NCBI GenBank assembly: GCA_963775685.1
Contig: CAVZJV010000014.1
Span: 608,001 to 672,000, forward strand
DNA from: Candidatus Bathyarchaeota archaeon
GTDB lineage: Archaea > Thermoproteota > Bathyarchaeia > Bathyarchaeales > Bathycorpusculaceae
Direction: 5' to 3'
Length of the DNA: 64,000 nt
In this document: positions 10,777-19,389 of the stretch, piece after piece
Numbering within the stretch: the first letter of the stretch is position 1
How the letters are laid out: every line of letters starts with the position of its first letter
Translations under genes and position numbers: made by a program
Notes under the pieces: generated by a model
The model's input: only the letters and a program-made list of their open reading frames with translations
Told to the model about the DNA's origin: nothing
Database searches by the model: none

Positions 10777-12741
10777 TTATGCCTTTTTCTCGAGCTGCTT
10801 GCGCAGTTCTGCGTATGTTGCTTTGATGTCTTCGATGCTGCCTTCGTCTTCTATGGTGCTGGTGTCGCCGAGTGGGGCGCCTGTTAATACTGCCTTTAGG
10901 AGTCTGCGCATGATTTTGCCGCTGCGGGTTTTTGGTAGCTTGGCAACGATTACTACGGCGTCTGGAGTTGCGATTGGACCGATTGTGGTTCTGACGTGTT
11001 TTTTGAGTTCTGCACTAAGTTCATCTGAGGGTGTGAATCCGCTGCGTAGGACTACAAATGCGACTGGGACTTCGCCTTTAACTGCGTCTTCTTTGCCCAT
11101 GACTGCTGCTTCAGATACTGCGGGGTGTGAGACTAATGCGCTTTCGAGTTCGACGGTGCCGATTCTGTGTCCCGCTACTTTGAGGACTTCGTCTGCTCTG
11201 CCAAGCAACCAGAAGTATCCGTCAGGGTCCCTGATTGCGTAGTCGCCGACATAATAGATTCCTGGCCATTTGCTGAAGTATGTTTGCTTGAAGCGGTCGG
11301 GGTCTTTCCAGACGGTTTGTAGCATTCCTGGCCAAGGTGACTTTATCACTAGGTAGCCTTTGGTTCCTTGTGGCACTGATTGTCCTTTTTCGTCGAAAAT
11401 GTCGGCGTTAACTGCTGGCAAGGGAAGCGTGGCTGAACCTGGTTTTAGTGGTGTAAGTTCTATGCCGGATGCAGGTGAAATCATGAATCCGCCTGTTTCT
11501 GTTTGCCACCAGGTGTCGATGATTGGTAAGCGTTCTTTGCCGATGACGCGGTAATACCATTTCCATGCTTCGGGGTTTATGGCTTCACCGACTGAGCCTA
11601 AGAGGCGTAGGGTGCTGAGGTCGTGTTTTAGTGGAAGTGCTTCGCCGAACTTCATGAACATGCGGACAGCGGTTGGTGTGCCGTATAGTATGGTAATGCC
11701 GTGGGTTTCAATCATTTGCCACCAGCGGTCTTGTCCTGGATAATCAGGTGTGCCTTCGAAGAGGAAAGCGGTGATTCCCAAGCTTAAGGGTGCATATACA
11801 TTGTAGGTGTGACCAGTAATCCAGCCGATGTCTGCAACACACCAGTAAATGTCTTCGTCGTTGGGGTTAAATGCCCATTTCAAGGTCCAGTAAGCCCAAA
11901 CTAAGTACCCGCCTGTGCCGTGTTGTACGCCCTTTGGTTTTCCAGTGGTGCCTGAAGTGTAGAGAATGAACAGTGGGTCGGTTGATTTCATGCTTTCTGG
12001 TTCGACGTATGCGTTTGCACCGGCTGCTGTCAACGCGTCGTGGTACCAAACGTCTCTGCCTTCCTTCATTTGGATTGGTTGACCCGTGCGTTTGACAACG
12101 ATGACTTTCTGGATGTTTGGCATCAGGGGTGCTGCTTTGTCTGCATTGTCTTTTATTCCGACTGGTTTGCCTCTGCGGAAGCTGCCGTCTGCTGTTACAA
12201 GGATTTTTGCTCCACAGTCGTTGACTCTGTCTGCAAGTGCTTCAGCGCTAAAGCCTGAGAAAACTACTGCGTGGACGCCTCCGATTCGTGCGGTTGCAAG
12301 CAAAGTTATTGGCAACTCTGGAATAACTGGCAGGAAAACTGCGACGCGGTCGCCTTTTTCGACGCCGGAGTCTTTTAGGGCTTTTGCGAGTTTGTTTACT
12401 TCACGGTATAGTTGGTAGTAAGTGTAAGTTTTTACTTCACCCATTTCGCCTTCCCAAATGTAGGCGATTTTGTTTTTGCGTGCGGATTTTACGTGTCGGT
12501 CAAGTGCATTGTATGTTATATTGAGTTCTCCATCGGGGAACCATTTGTAGAACGGCGGGTTCGAGTCATCCAAAATTTTAGTAGGTGTCTTGAACCAGTC
12601 GATGGCTTTTGCTTTTTCTGCCCAGAACTCTTGCGGGTTTTTTATGGATTCTTCCCATAACTGTTTGCGTATTTCTCCAGAAGAAACCTTTGCAATACTT
12701 GGACTGTACTTTTCGTTGAAAGGTAAACTAGCTTCTGACAT
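10777..12741 (-). CDS. acs: Acetyl-CoA synthetase (AMP-forming)
   Basis: YTSGTTGKPKG, DTWWQTETGG, GRADEV, PKTRSGKIMRR. Confidence 0.96.
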   Translation of the reverse strand: MSEASLPFNEKYSPSIAKVSSGEIRKQLWEESIKNPQEFWAEKAKAIDWFKTPTKILDDSNPPFYKWFPDGELNITYNALDRHVKSARKNKIAYIWEGEMGEVKTYTYYQLYREVNKLAKALKDSGVEKGDRVAVFLPVIPELPITLLATARIGGVHAVVFSGFSAEALADRVNDCGAKILVTADGSFRRGKPVGIKDNADKAAPLMPNIQKVIVVKRTGQPIQMKEGRDVWYHDALTAAGANAYVEPESMKSTDPLFILYTSGTTGKPKGVQHGTGGYLVWAYWTLKWAFNPNDEDIYWCVADIGWITGHTYNVYAPLSLGITAFLFEGTPDYPGQDRWWQMIETHGITILYGTPTAVRMFMKFGEALPLKHDLSTLRLLGSVGEAINPEAWKWYYRVIGKERLPIIDTWWQTETGGFMISPASGIELTPLKPGSATLPLPAVNADIFDEKGQSVPQGTKGYLVIKSPWPGMLQTVWKDPDRFKQTYFSKWPGIYYVGDYAIRDPDGYFWLLGRADEVLKVAGHRIGTVELESALVSHPAVSEAAVMGKEDAVKGEVPVAFVVLRSGFTPSDELSAELKKHVRTTIGPIATPDAVVIVAKLPKTRSGKIMRRLLKAVLTGAPLGDTSTIEDEGSIEDIKATYAELRKQLEKKA

Positions 12742-12938
12742 ATGCTATCATTTCCTATAGATGCTGGGAACATTAAGTCCTTAAGAATATAAGTTTTTTC
12801 AACAAAAACGAACAAAACAAAAAACAATTAAATCATTTTTACATCAATACCATAAAAGAGTTATTTTGTGAGCGAATGGCGTCTGAAAACATTTGAAAAG
12901 CAAAATTAAAAAATAAAAAAAGGAAATGGAAAATACTT

Positions 12939-13535
12939 TTATTTTACTGGAACAATTGGCAGAACTGTTTTTCCGTTTGCTTCATTTAGAACTTCTGCGA
13001 GACCAAGATAGACTGCGCTTCCGCCGCATATGACGCCTTCGATTCCTGTGATTGTATTGAATGTTACATCTCCAAATAGGATTGGGTTGCCAGTTAGTTC
13101 TCTTATTGTCAGCATGAAGAACAATATTGCTAAGCTCATGAATACAAATTGCAGTGTGCGGTTAGCCTTTAGGGTACCAAAGAACATTGCGAAGGTAAAT
13201 AGTCCCCACATAAAGAAGTACGCTGCCATCGATGCTTCGTTTGGTGCTACTAATCCAGGAATGAATGTTACTTTTGGCAGAACAAGCAGAAGAACCAATG
13301 ACCACCAGAAGAAGCCGTAAGAGCTGAAAGCGACCATGCCAAAGGTGTTGCCTTTCTTGAATTCCATGGCGCCAACGAGTATCTGTGCTAAGCCGCCGAA
13401 AGCTATGCCCATAGCTAAAATCATTGTGTCAAGTGGAAAAATGCCTGCGTTGTGCAGATTCAAAAGGACAGTTGTAAGTCCGAAGCCTAAGAGTCCCAAA
13501 GGAGCAGGATTAGCTAATTTCTGTATTATACTCAT
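12939..13535 (-). CDS. satP: Acetate uptake transporter, SatP/GPR1/FUN34/YaaH family
   Basis: [13 protein letters not shown] and SYGFFW signatures; directly upstream of acs. Confidence 0.92.
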   Translation of the reverse strand: MSIIQKLANPAPLGLLGFGLTTVLLNLHNAGIFPLDTMILAMGIAFGGLAQILVGAMEFKKGNTFGMVAFSSYGFFWWSLVLLLVLPKVTFIPGLVAPNEASMAAYFFMWGLFTFAMFFGTLKANRTLQFVFMSLAILFFMLTIRELTGNPILFGDVTFNTITGIEGVICGGSAVYLGLAEVLNEANGKTVLPIVPVK

Positions 13536-13583
13536 TTCTATGTTTCCCCGAGTTGATGTTTTAACTGAATTCTGCAAGGTTTT

Positions 13584-16367
13584 TTATAAAGCTTTGGAAG
13601 CTGAAACGTTTCTCTTTCTTGATGTAACGTATTTGCCGACTTCCAGAGCAGTAAACACGGTAACTGCAAATAATCCAGCGACTACCCAATCAACCAGTTC
13701 AGGCGAATGCACATCGAAGAGACCCTGCAGACCGGGCACATAGAGGATAACCAACTGCAAAGCGAATGACGAGGCGACAGCAACCCAGAGAAACTTGTTC
13801 TTGAAGGGACCAACTTTGAAAACCGGGTATTTTAATGAGCGGCAGGAGAGGGCTACGGCTAATTCCATCATTACCATGGCTGTAAAAAGCGTTGTACGAG
13901 CCTCAGCCAAGTAATCTTTACCCGACTGAACGCCAAGCCATGGTTGATTAGCAAAGTATGCAGTAAGCAATAAAGCAGTCATGAAGATCGGCACTATGGT
14001 TAAGTAAACTTTGACATCTCCGCTAAATACTCCTTCGTTGGGTTTACGGGGTGCTCGCTGCATCAAATCGGGGTCGCCGGGGTCTAATCCTAAAGCGATG
14101 GCGGGCAAACCGTCTGTAACGAGGTTAATCCAAAGAATCTGCACCGCGGTTAAAGCTATAGCTGCTTCGTTGATTGTTCCAGCACTTGACCCAGGGGAAA
14201 TGATTCGGGCCAGGTAGGGTACACTGACCACAGCAAAGAACATCACCAAAATTTCCATGATATTGCACTGCAACAGGTAAGTTAGATATTTTTTAATGTT
14301 TTCATAGATTTCTCTGCCTTCCCTGACGGCTTTAACAATGCTTGCAAAGTTATCATCTGCCAAAACCATGTCAGCGGCTTCTTTCGAAACCTCCGTGCCT
14401 GTTATCCCCATTGCGATGCCAATGTCACTCATTTTCAAGGCAGGTGCATCGTTAACGCCATCACCCGTCATCGCAACCACGTCACCTTTTTTCTTCCAAG
14501 CCTTAACAATCCGAGTTTTATGCTCTGGAGCAACACGGGCATAAATTACCACAGCCTCAACTACTTTGGCAAGTTCCTCATCAGCCATCTCTTCAAGTTC
14601 CTGCCCCGTTAATACTTGACCTTTTAGCTCTGTTTCACCCAACAGTTTAAGTTCCTTGGCAACTGCAATGGCGGTGAGTTCGTGGTCGCCAGTAATCATA
14701 ACTACGCGTATTCCTGCGTTTTTGCATATAGCTATGGCGTCTTTGACTTCTGGACGAGAAGGATCAATCATGGCCATGATGCCGACAAAGATAAAATCAT
14801 CTTCTATTTGCTCACCGAATTGCTTCATATTGGCGGATAGTCTCTTGTAGGCAAAACCAAGGTTTCTTAGGGCTTGCAGAGCCAAGGTTTCGGTGACTTT
14901 GAAGTGTTTAGCGATGATTTCTTGGGTTAAAGGCTGCACTTTTCCTTCCAATAAGATTTTGCTGCATCGCTCCAAAACTATTTCAGGCGCACCTTTCATG
15001 TAAGCAACATTTTTCCCTTTTTTGGTGTGTATGGTAGTCATCCGTTTTCTTTCAGATGAAAATGGAACTTCGGCAACACGCGGCTCCTGCGTTTCCAACT
15101 CCTCTTTGGCGATTCCCGCTTTCTTTGCCGCAACAACCAGTGCACCTTCTGTAGGGTCGCCTTTCACTGTCCATTTGCCTGATTTTGGGTCTTTTTCTAA
15201 GTTTGAGTCGTTACATAATACTGCAATTTTAAGCAGCGTTTTGAGGCTCTCATTAAGCGTCTCTGCTCTTTCTTTAAATTGGAATTCTCCTTGAGGAGCA
15301 TAGCCTATTCCTGTGACTTTTATTATTTGGTTATCTACATAGATTCGTTGAACTGTCATTTCGCCTTTGGTCATGGTTCCTGTTTTGTCGCTGCAGATAA
15401 CGCTGGTGCTTCCAAGTGTTTCCACAGCGGGCAACCGTTTAACGATGGTGTTGACTTTAGCCATACGGTACATACCTATGGCAAGGGCACCCGTTATAAT
15501 AGCAGGTAACGCTTCAGGAACAGCGGCAACCGCGAGGCTGATGGCCCAAAGAGCCATTTTAACTATGTCACGGTGCTCAACAAGGACTGCTACTCCACCT
15601 ACACTTAACGCAACAACTAAAGCTAAAATTCCAATCCATTTACCTACACTACCCATTCTTTTTTCCAATGGCGTCTTCTCTTGAGGCGCAGCTTGAACCA
15701 TTTCCGCGATCTTTCCGAATTCAGTTTTCATACCCGTGCTGGTTACTAATGCTTTGCCTCTTCCGTATACAACCACCGTTCCAGTGAAAACCATGTTGTA
15801 TCGGTCGTTTAGCAGTGTAGCTTCGGGCAGCGATAAGATGGATTTGTTCACTGGCGCAGATTCCCCAGTTAATGATGCCTCGTCGTCTTTCATCATGAAG
15901 GATTCCAGAATTCTAGCATCTGCAGGAATTTTATCTCCAGTGTAGAGCAGAATGATATCGCCCGGAACAAGTTGGCTGGCGGGTATCTTCACTTCTTTGC
16001 CGTCACGGAGGACATTTGCGGTTGGTGCGGTCATTTTTTTAAGGGCTTCTACAGCTTTTTCGCTGCGGTATTCTTGGGAGAACCCCAAAACGGCACTTGC
16101 AATAACGATGGCGATGATAATGACCGCGTCCGTTACTTCTCCCACAGCAAACGAGAGCCCTGTTGCAATTAGCAAAATAATCATGAGCAAGTTGGTAAAT
16201 TGGCCGAGCAGAAGCTTGAAGGGTGAGGCGCTTTTTTCTTTTTTTATTTCGTTGGGTCCATTTATTTTGAGGCGTTCCTGGGCTTCCTGAGTAGTTAATC
16301 CGTCAACAGTGACGTTTAGCTCTACCATGGCTTCTTCAGCAGTTTCATTATGCCACTGTTTGGCCAT
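13584..16367 (-). CDS. Cation-transporting P-type ATPase (P2A, Ca2+-type)
   Basis: LTGES, AVPEALP, CSDKTGT, KGAPE, TGDGVNDAPAL, QILWINLVTDG. Confidence 0.93.
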   Translation of the reverse strand: MAKQWHNETAEEAMVELNVTVDGLTTQEAQERLKINGPNEIKKEKSASPFKLLLGQFTNLLMIILLIATGLSFAVGEVTDAVIIIAIVIASAVLGFSQEYRSEKAVEALKKMTAPTANVLRDGKEVKIPASQLVPGDIILLYTGDKIPADARILESFMMKDDEASLTGESAPVNKSILSLPEATLLNDRYNMVFTGTVVVYGRGKALVTSTGMKTEFGKIAEMVQAAPQEKTPLEKRMGSVGKWIGILALVVALSVGGVAVLVEHRDIVKMALWAISLAVAAVPEALPAIITGALAIGMYRMAKVNTIVKRLPAVETLGSTSVICSDKTGTMTKGEMTVQRIYVDNQIIKVTGIGYAPQGEFQFKERAETLNESLKTLLKIAVLCNDSNLEKDPKSGKWTVKGDPTEGALVVAAKKAGIAKEELETQEPRVAEVPFSSERKRMTTIHTKKGKNVAYMKGAPEIVLERCSKILLEGKVQPLTQEIIAKHFKVTETLALQALRNLGFAYKRLSANMKQFGEQIEDDFIFVGIMAMIDPSRPEVKDAIAICKNAGIRVVMITGDHELTAIAVAKELKLLGETELKGQVLTGQELEEMADEELAKVVEAVVIYARVAPEHKTRIVKAWKKKGDVVAMTGDGVNDAPALKMSDIGIAMGITGTEVSKEAADMVLADDNFASIVKAVREGREIYENIKKYLTYLLQCNIMEILVMFFAVVSVPYLARIISPGSSAGTINEAAIALTAVQILWINLVTDGLPAIALGLDPGDPDLMQRAPRKPNEGVFSGDVKVYLTIVPIFMTALLLTAYFANQPWLGVQSGKDYLAEARTTLFTAMVMMELAVALSCRSLKYPVFKVGPFKNKFLWVAVASSFALQLVILYVPGLQGLFDVHSPELVDWVVAGLFAVTVFTALEVGKYVTSRKRNVSASKAL

Positions 16368-16932
16368 TTTTGTTTTCCTCGTTGAGTTTTTTATTATAGT
16401 AAATTACGCTGTGCTTGTAGAGTGAGATAACGCCAATAAAGAGAACGACTAAACTGAGAAGATATAGACTCCAAGCAAAGGGAAATCCGAAGCTGATAAT
16501 TTGCTTTTGCCATTCCCAAGGCAAAACGGGTTGGCTTTGAAGCGGCCATGCCCCGATTATTTGATAGGAGAACCCAAAAGTGGCTAACAATATGGCAACA
16601 TATTGTTTATCGGCGCTCGATTCTGGGCTTATTTTGCGTATGCTATATAGGCAAAGCATAACGGCGCCTATAACTAATGCTGGGAAACTGGTTGCAAAGA
16701 ATATGGAGTTGAAAAAGTTTCTTGGCAAAAAAGGCGAAATTGAGGTGGATGAGTAAATTGCGGCGACTTGTTCCCAGTCAGCTATTGTTGGGGAGTTGAG
16801 AATTACCGATGAGAGATAGAATACACCATATGCTGCTAAAAACAAGCCAAGCGACACCCAGTGGCTTTTGGTGTAACTGGAAACCCTGTTAAGGTAGCTT
16901 GCTTGTTTCTGGCAACTGACATTCATTGGCAT
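16348..16932 (-). CDS. Membrane protein overlapping the start of the P-type ATPase gene
   Basis: About four TM helices; 3' end overlaps the ATPase start by 20 bp. Confidence 0.7.
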   Translation of the reverse strand: MPMNVSCQKQASYLNRVSSYTKSHWVSLGLFLAAYGVFYLSSVILNSPTIADWEQVAAIYSSTSISPFLPRNFFNSIFFATSFPALVIGAVMLCLYSIRKISPESSADKQYVAILLATFGFSYQIIGAWPLQSQPVLPWEWQKQIISFGFPFAWSLYLLSLVVLFIGVISLYKHSVIYYNKKLNEENKNGQTVA

Positions 16933-17073
16933 GCCTGTCTTTAGTTGTTTTAGTGTATCTGAAAGATATATTAGTTTTTAAGAGCTATCTCGAATTTCTT
17001 TTGTTTTTGTTTAGCCAAAAAGTTATTATGACAAAGTGACATATTTACAGCCTATACTTTTTGGTGTCTTAAA

Positions 17074-17772
17074 ATGAATTTTGAAACCAAATTTCAGGAA
17101 ATAATACAGCGAACTCATGATGTTACTAGCTTTAGGTTTCCGCGTCCCGCTGAGTTTGATTATAAGCCTGGGCAGTTCTTTTTTGTCACCCTTAAACAAG
17201 GCGATAAAGAGTTAAAAAAACATTTTAGCTTCAGCAGTAGCCCAACGGAAAAAGACCACATTGAATTCACCAAAAAATTAACCGACCACGAATATTCGAT
17301 TGCGCTTAAAGCTGCAAAAGTCGGCGATTGGGCACACATAGAAGCACCGTTTGGGCAATTCACCTTTGAAGGCGAATACCCAAAAATCGCTTTGCTCGGT
17401 GGAGGTATCGGGATTACCCCGTTTATGAGTTACTGCAAAAACGCCGCAGACAAGGGCTTGGGCAGCAAAATAACACTTTTCTATGGTTGCCGCACGCCAG
17501 AAGACATAGCGTTCAGACGGGAGTTCGAGGAATTGGCGAGACAAAACAAAAACATAAAGTTAGTCTTCACTGTTAACCAACCTACTCCTGACTGGAACGG
17601 AGCGACAGGCATAATCAACGCCGACATCATTAAGCAGCAACTGCCCGACTACGAAGAAAACATGTTTTATACTTGTGGACCGCCGCCGATGGTTGATGCA
17701 ATGGAAAAGCTTGTTGTAGGCCTGGGGCTGCCGAAAGAAAAGTTGAAACGAGAGTTTTTTTCAGGTTACTGA
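17074..17772 (+). CDS. FAD/NAD(P)-binding oxidoreductase (ferredoxin-NADP+ reductase-like)
   Basis: YKPGQF, HFSFSS, GGGIGITPF, YTCGPPPM. Confidence 0.88.
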   Translation: MNFETKFQEIIQRTHDVTSFRFPRPAEFDYKPGQFFFVTLKQGDKELKKHFSFSSSPTEKDHIEFTKKLTDHEYSIALKAAKVGDWAHIEAPFGQFTFEGEYPKIALLGGGIGITPFMSYCKNAADKGLGSKITLFYGCRTPEDIAFRREFEELARQNKNIKLVFTVNQPTPDWNGATGIINADIIKQQLPDYEENMFYTCGPPPMVDAMEKLVVGLGLPKEKLKREFFSGY

Positions 17773-17786
17773 TAAGGAAAAGGAGT

Positions 17787-19070
17787 TTAGGGGTAGAACC
17801 TGCGGGTGGTTCTGGGGAATGGGATAGCGTCGATGATGTTGTCTAAGTCCAGCATCCAGACCAGCAGCCGCTCTAAGCCCAAACCAAACCCCACATGTGG
17901 CACGGTGCCGTAACGACGCAGGTCAAGGTACCACTCATAATCTTCAGGTTTCAACCCTTGAGCTTTCATGCGCTCGATGAGGGTGTCTTTGTTGTCTTCT
18001 CTTGCCCCTCCTGTGCTGATTTCGCCTATTCTTGGCACCATCATGTCCACAGACATCGCAACTTCCGGGTGGTCAGCGTAGGTTTTGCAGTAGAAGGCTT
18101 TAATTTCAGTAGGGTAATCATGGACAAAAAAAGGTTTGCCGAAGTCTTCTGCTAAAACCTTTTCGTCCTCGTAACCGAGGTCAGAGCCCCAATTTAAAGC
18201 TGGATTTTTGGGTTTTAGGCGGTCAATTGCTTCCTTGTAGGTTATTCTTGGGAAAGGTGTCGTGACTGATTTTAATTTCTCAATGTTAGCGCCCAATTCC
18301 TTGAATTCTTTTGGGCATTTCTCTCCGATGGTTTGGCAAACATGAGTCATCAAGCCCTCCTCAAACTTCATCAAATCATTCATATCTGCAAAAGGCCACT
18401 CGCCCTCGATGTGCCAGTACTCGGTTAAATGGCGGATTGTTCGGCTTTTTTCCGCGCGGAACGAGGGCGCGATGCAGTAGACTTTTTCGAGGGAATATAT
18501 TAGAATTTCAAGGTAAAGTTGGCTACTCTGGGTTAAGTATAGGTCTTGGTCAAAATATTTTAATCCAAACAGTGTTGAGCCGCCTTCGACTGCTGCAGAA
18601 ATAAACATGGGAGGAGAAACCTCAGTGTAGGTTTGAGTTTTGAAGTATTCGCGTGCAGCCTCTAACACGTCGCCGCGGACCTTCATAACAAGATTCATTT
18701 TTCGGCTTCTAAGCCAAAGGTGACGCATGTCACGAATGAATTCTTCACTTTTATCTTTGGAGATAGGGAAAGTTTCCGCTAACCCGATAATGCTTAGGTT
18801 TTCTGCGCCGATTTCAAAGCCGCCTGGAGCACGCTTATCCTCTTTCGCCGTACCTTCAAGCGAAAGGGAAGACTCAATGGTTATTTTTTGTGCTTCGCTC
18901 CAGCAGAGGCAGGTTTTCTTTACCGTGCATTGGACTACGCCTGAGGAGTCACGGATTACTAAAAAGATGAGTTCTTTGCCTTCACGTTTTCGGTACACCC
19001 AACCGCGAACTGTAACTTTTTTGTCCGTACATTTGCCGTCTAATATTTCGTTTATTTTAACCAAAGCCAT
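17787..19070 (-). CDS. asnS: Asparagine--tRNA ligase
   Basis: OB-fold VRGWV, LTQSSQLYLE, FRAEKSRTIRHLTEYW, PHVGFGLGLER. Confidence 0.92.
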   Translation of the reverse strand: MALVKINEILDGKCTDKKVTVRGWVYRKREGKELIFLVIRDSSGVVQCTVKKTCLCWSEAQKITIESSLSLEGTAKEDKRAPGGFEIGAENLSIIGLAETFPISKDKSEEFIRDMRHLWLRSRKMNLVMKVRGDVLEAAREYFKTQTYTEVSPPMFISAAVEGGSTLFGLKYFDQDLYLTQSSQLYLEILIYSLEKVYCIAPSFRAEKSRTIRHLTEYWHIEGEWPFADMNDLMKFEEGLMTHVCQTIGEKCPKEFKELGANIEKLKSVTTPFPRITYKEAIDRLKPKNPALNWGSDLGYEDEKVLAEDFGKPFFVHDYPTEIKAFYCKTYADHPEVAMSVDMMVPRIGEISTGGAREDNKDTLIERMKAQGLKPEDYEWYLDLRRYGTVPHVGFGLGLERLLVWMLDLDNIIDAIPFPRTTRRFYP

Positions 19071-19208
19071 CGGGCATCAACTATTTCCTGTATTACTTGT
19101 TTTCAAACCTAAATGCCTATCGATTCCTGCTTCCATTAGACAACTTTGATTAAAAATTATCCTTTCAACAATTACAAGAAAGCTTTTAGCTGTTTGAGCT
19201 CTTTGTTA

Positions 19209-19312
19209 GGTTTGCTGAGACCCTGGACGACAAAGAGAGAAAAGAACGCAAATGCAAATTCGTTTTGGAAGGTTGTAAGTCCCATTAATTTTAACCAGAG
19301 CTTACTCAGCCC
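19209..19312 (-). repeat. Structured repeat element, copy A (downstream of beta-propeller gene P1)
   Basis: Minus strand GGGCTGAG-TAA-GCTCTGG...AACG-A-ATTTGCATTT-G-CGTT...CCAGGGT-CTCAGC-AAACC; homologous to copies B-F. Confidence 0.85.
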
Positions 19313-19389
19313 GCTTCTTGTTTTTCATTGCGTTTTTGAACTAAAAAAGGGGAAGGATTGTTTTGTTTGTTTTGTTTGATGTTGACTGT

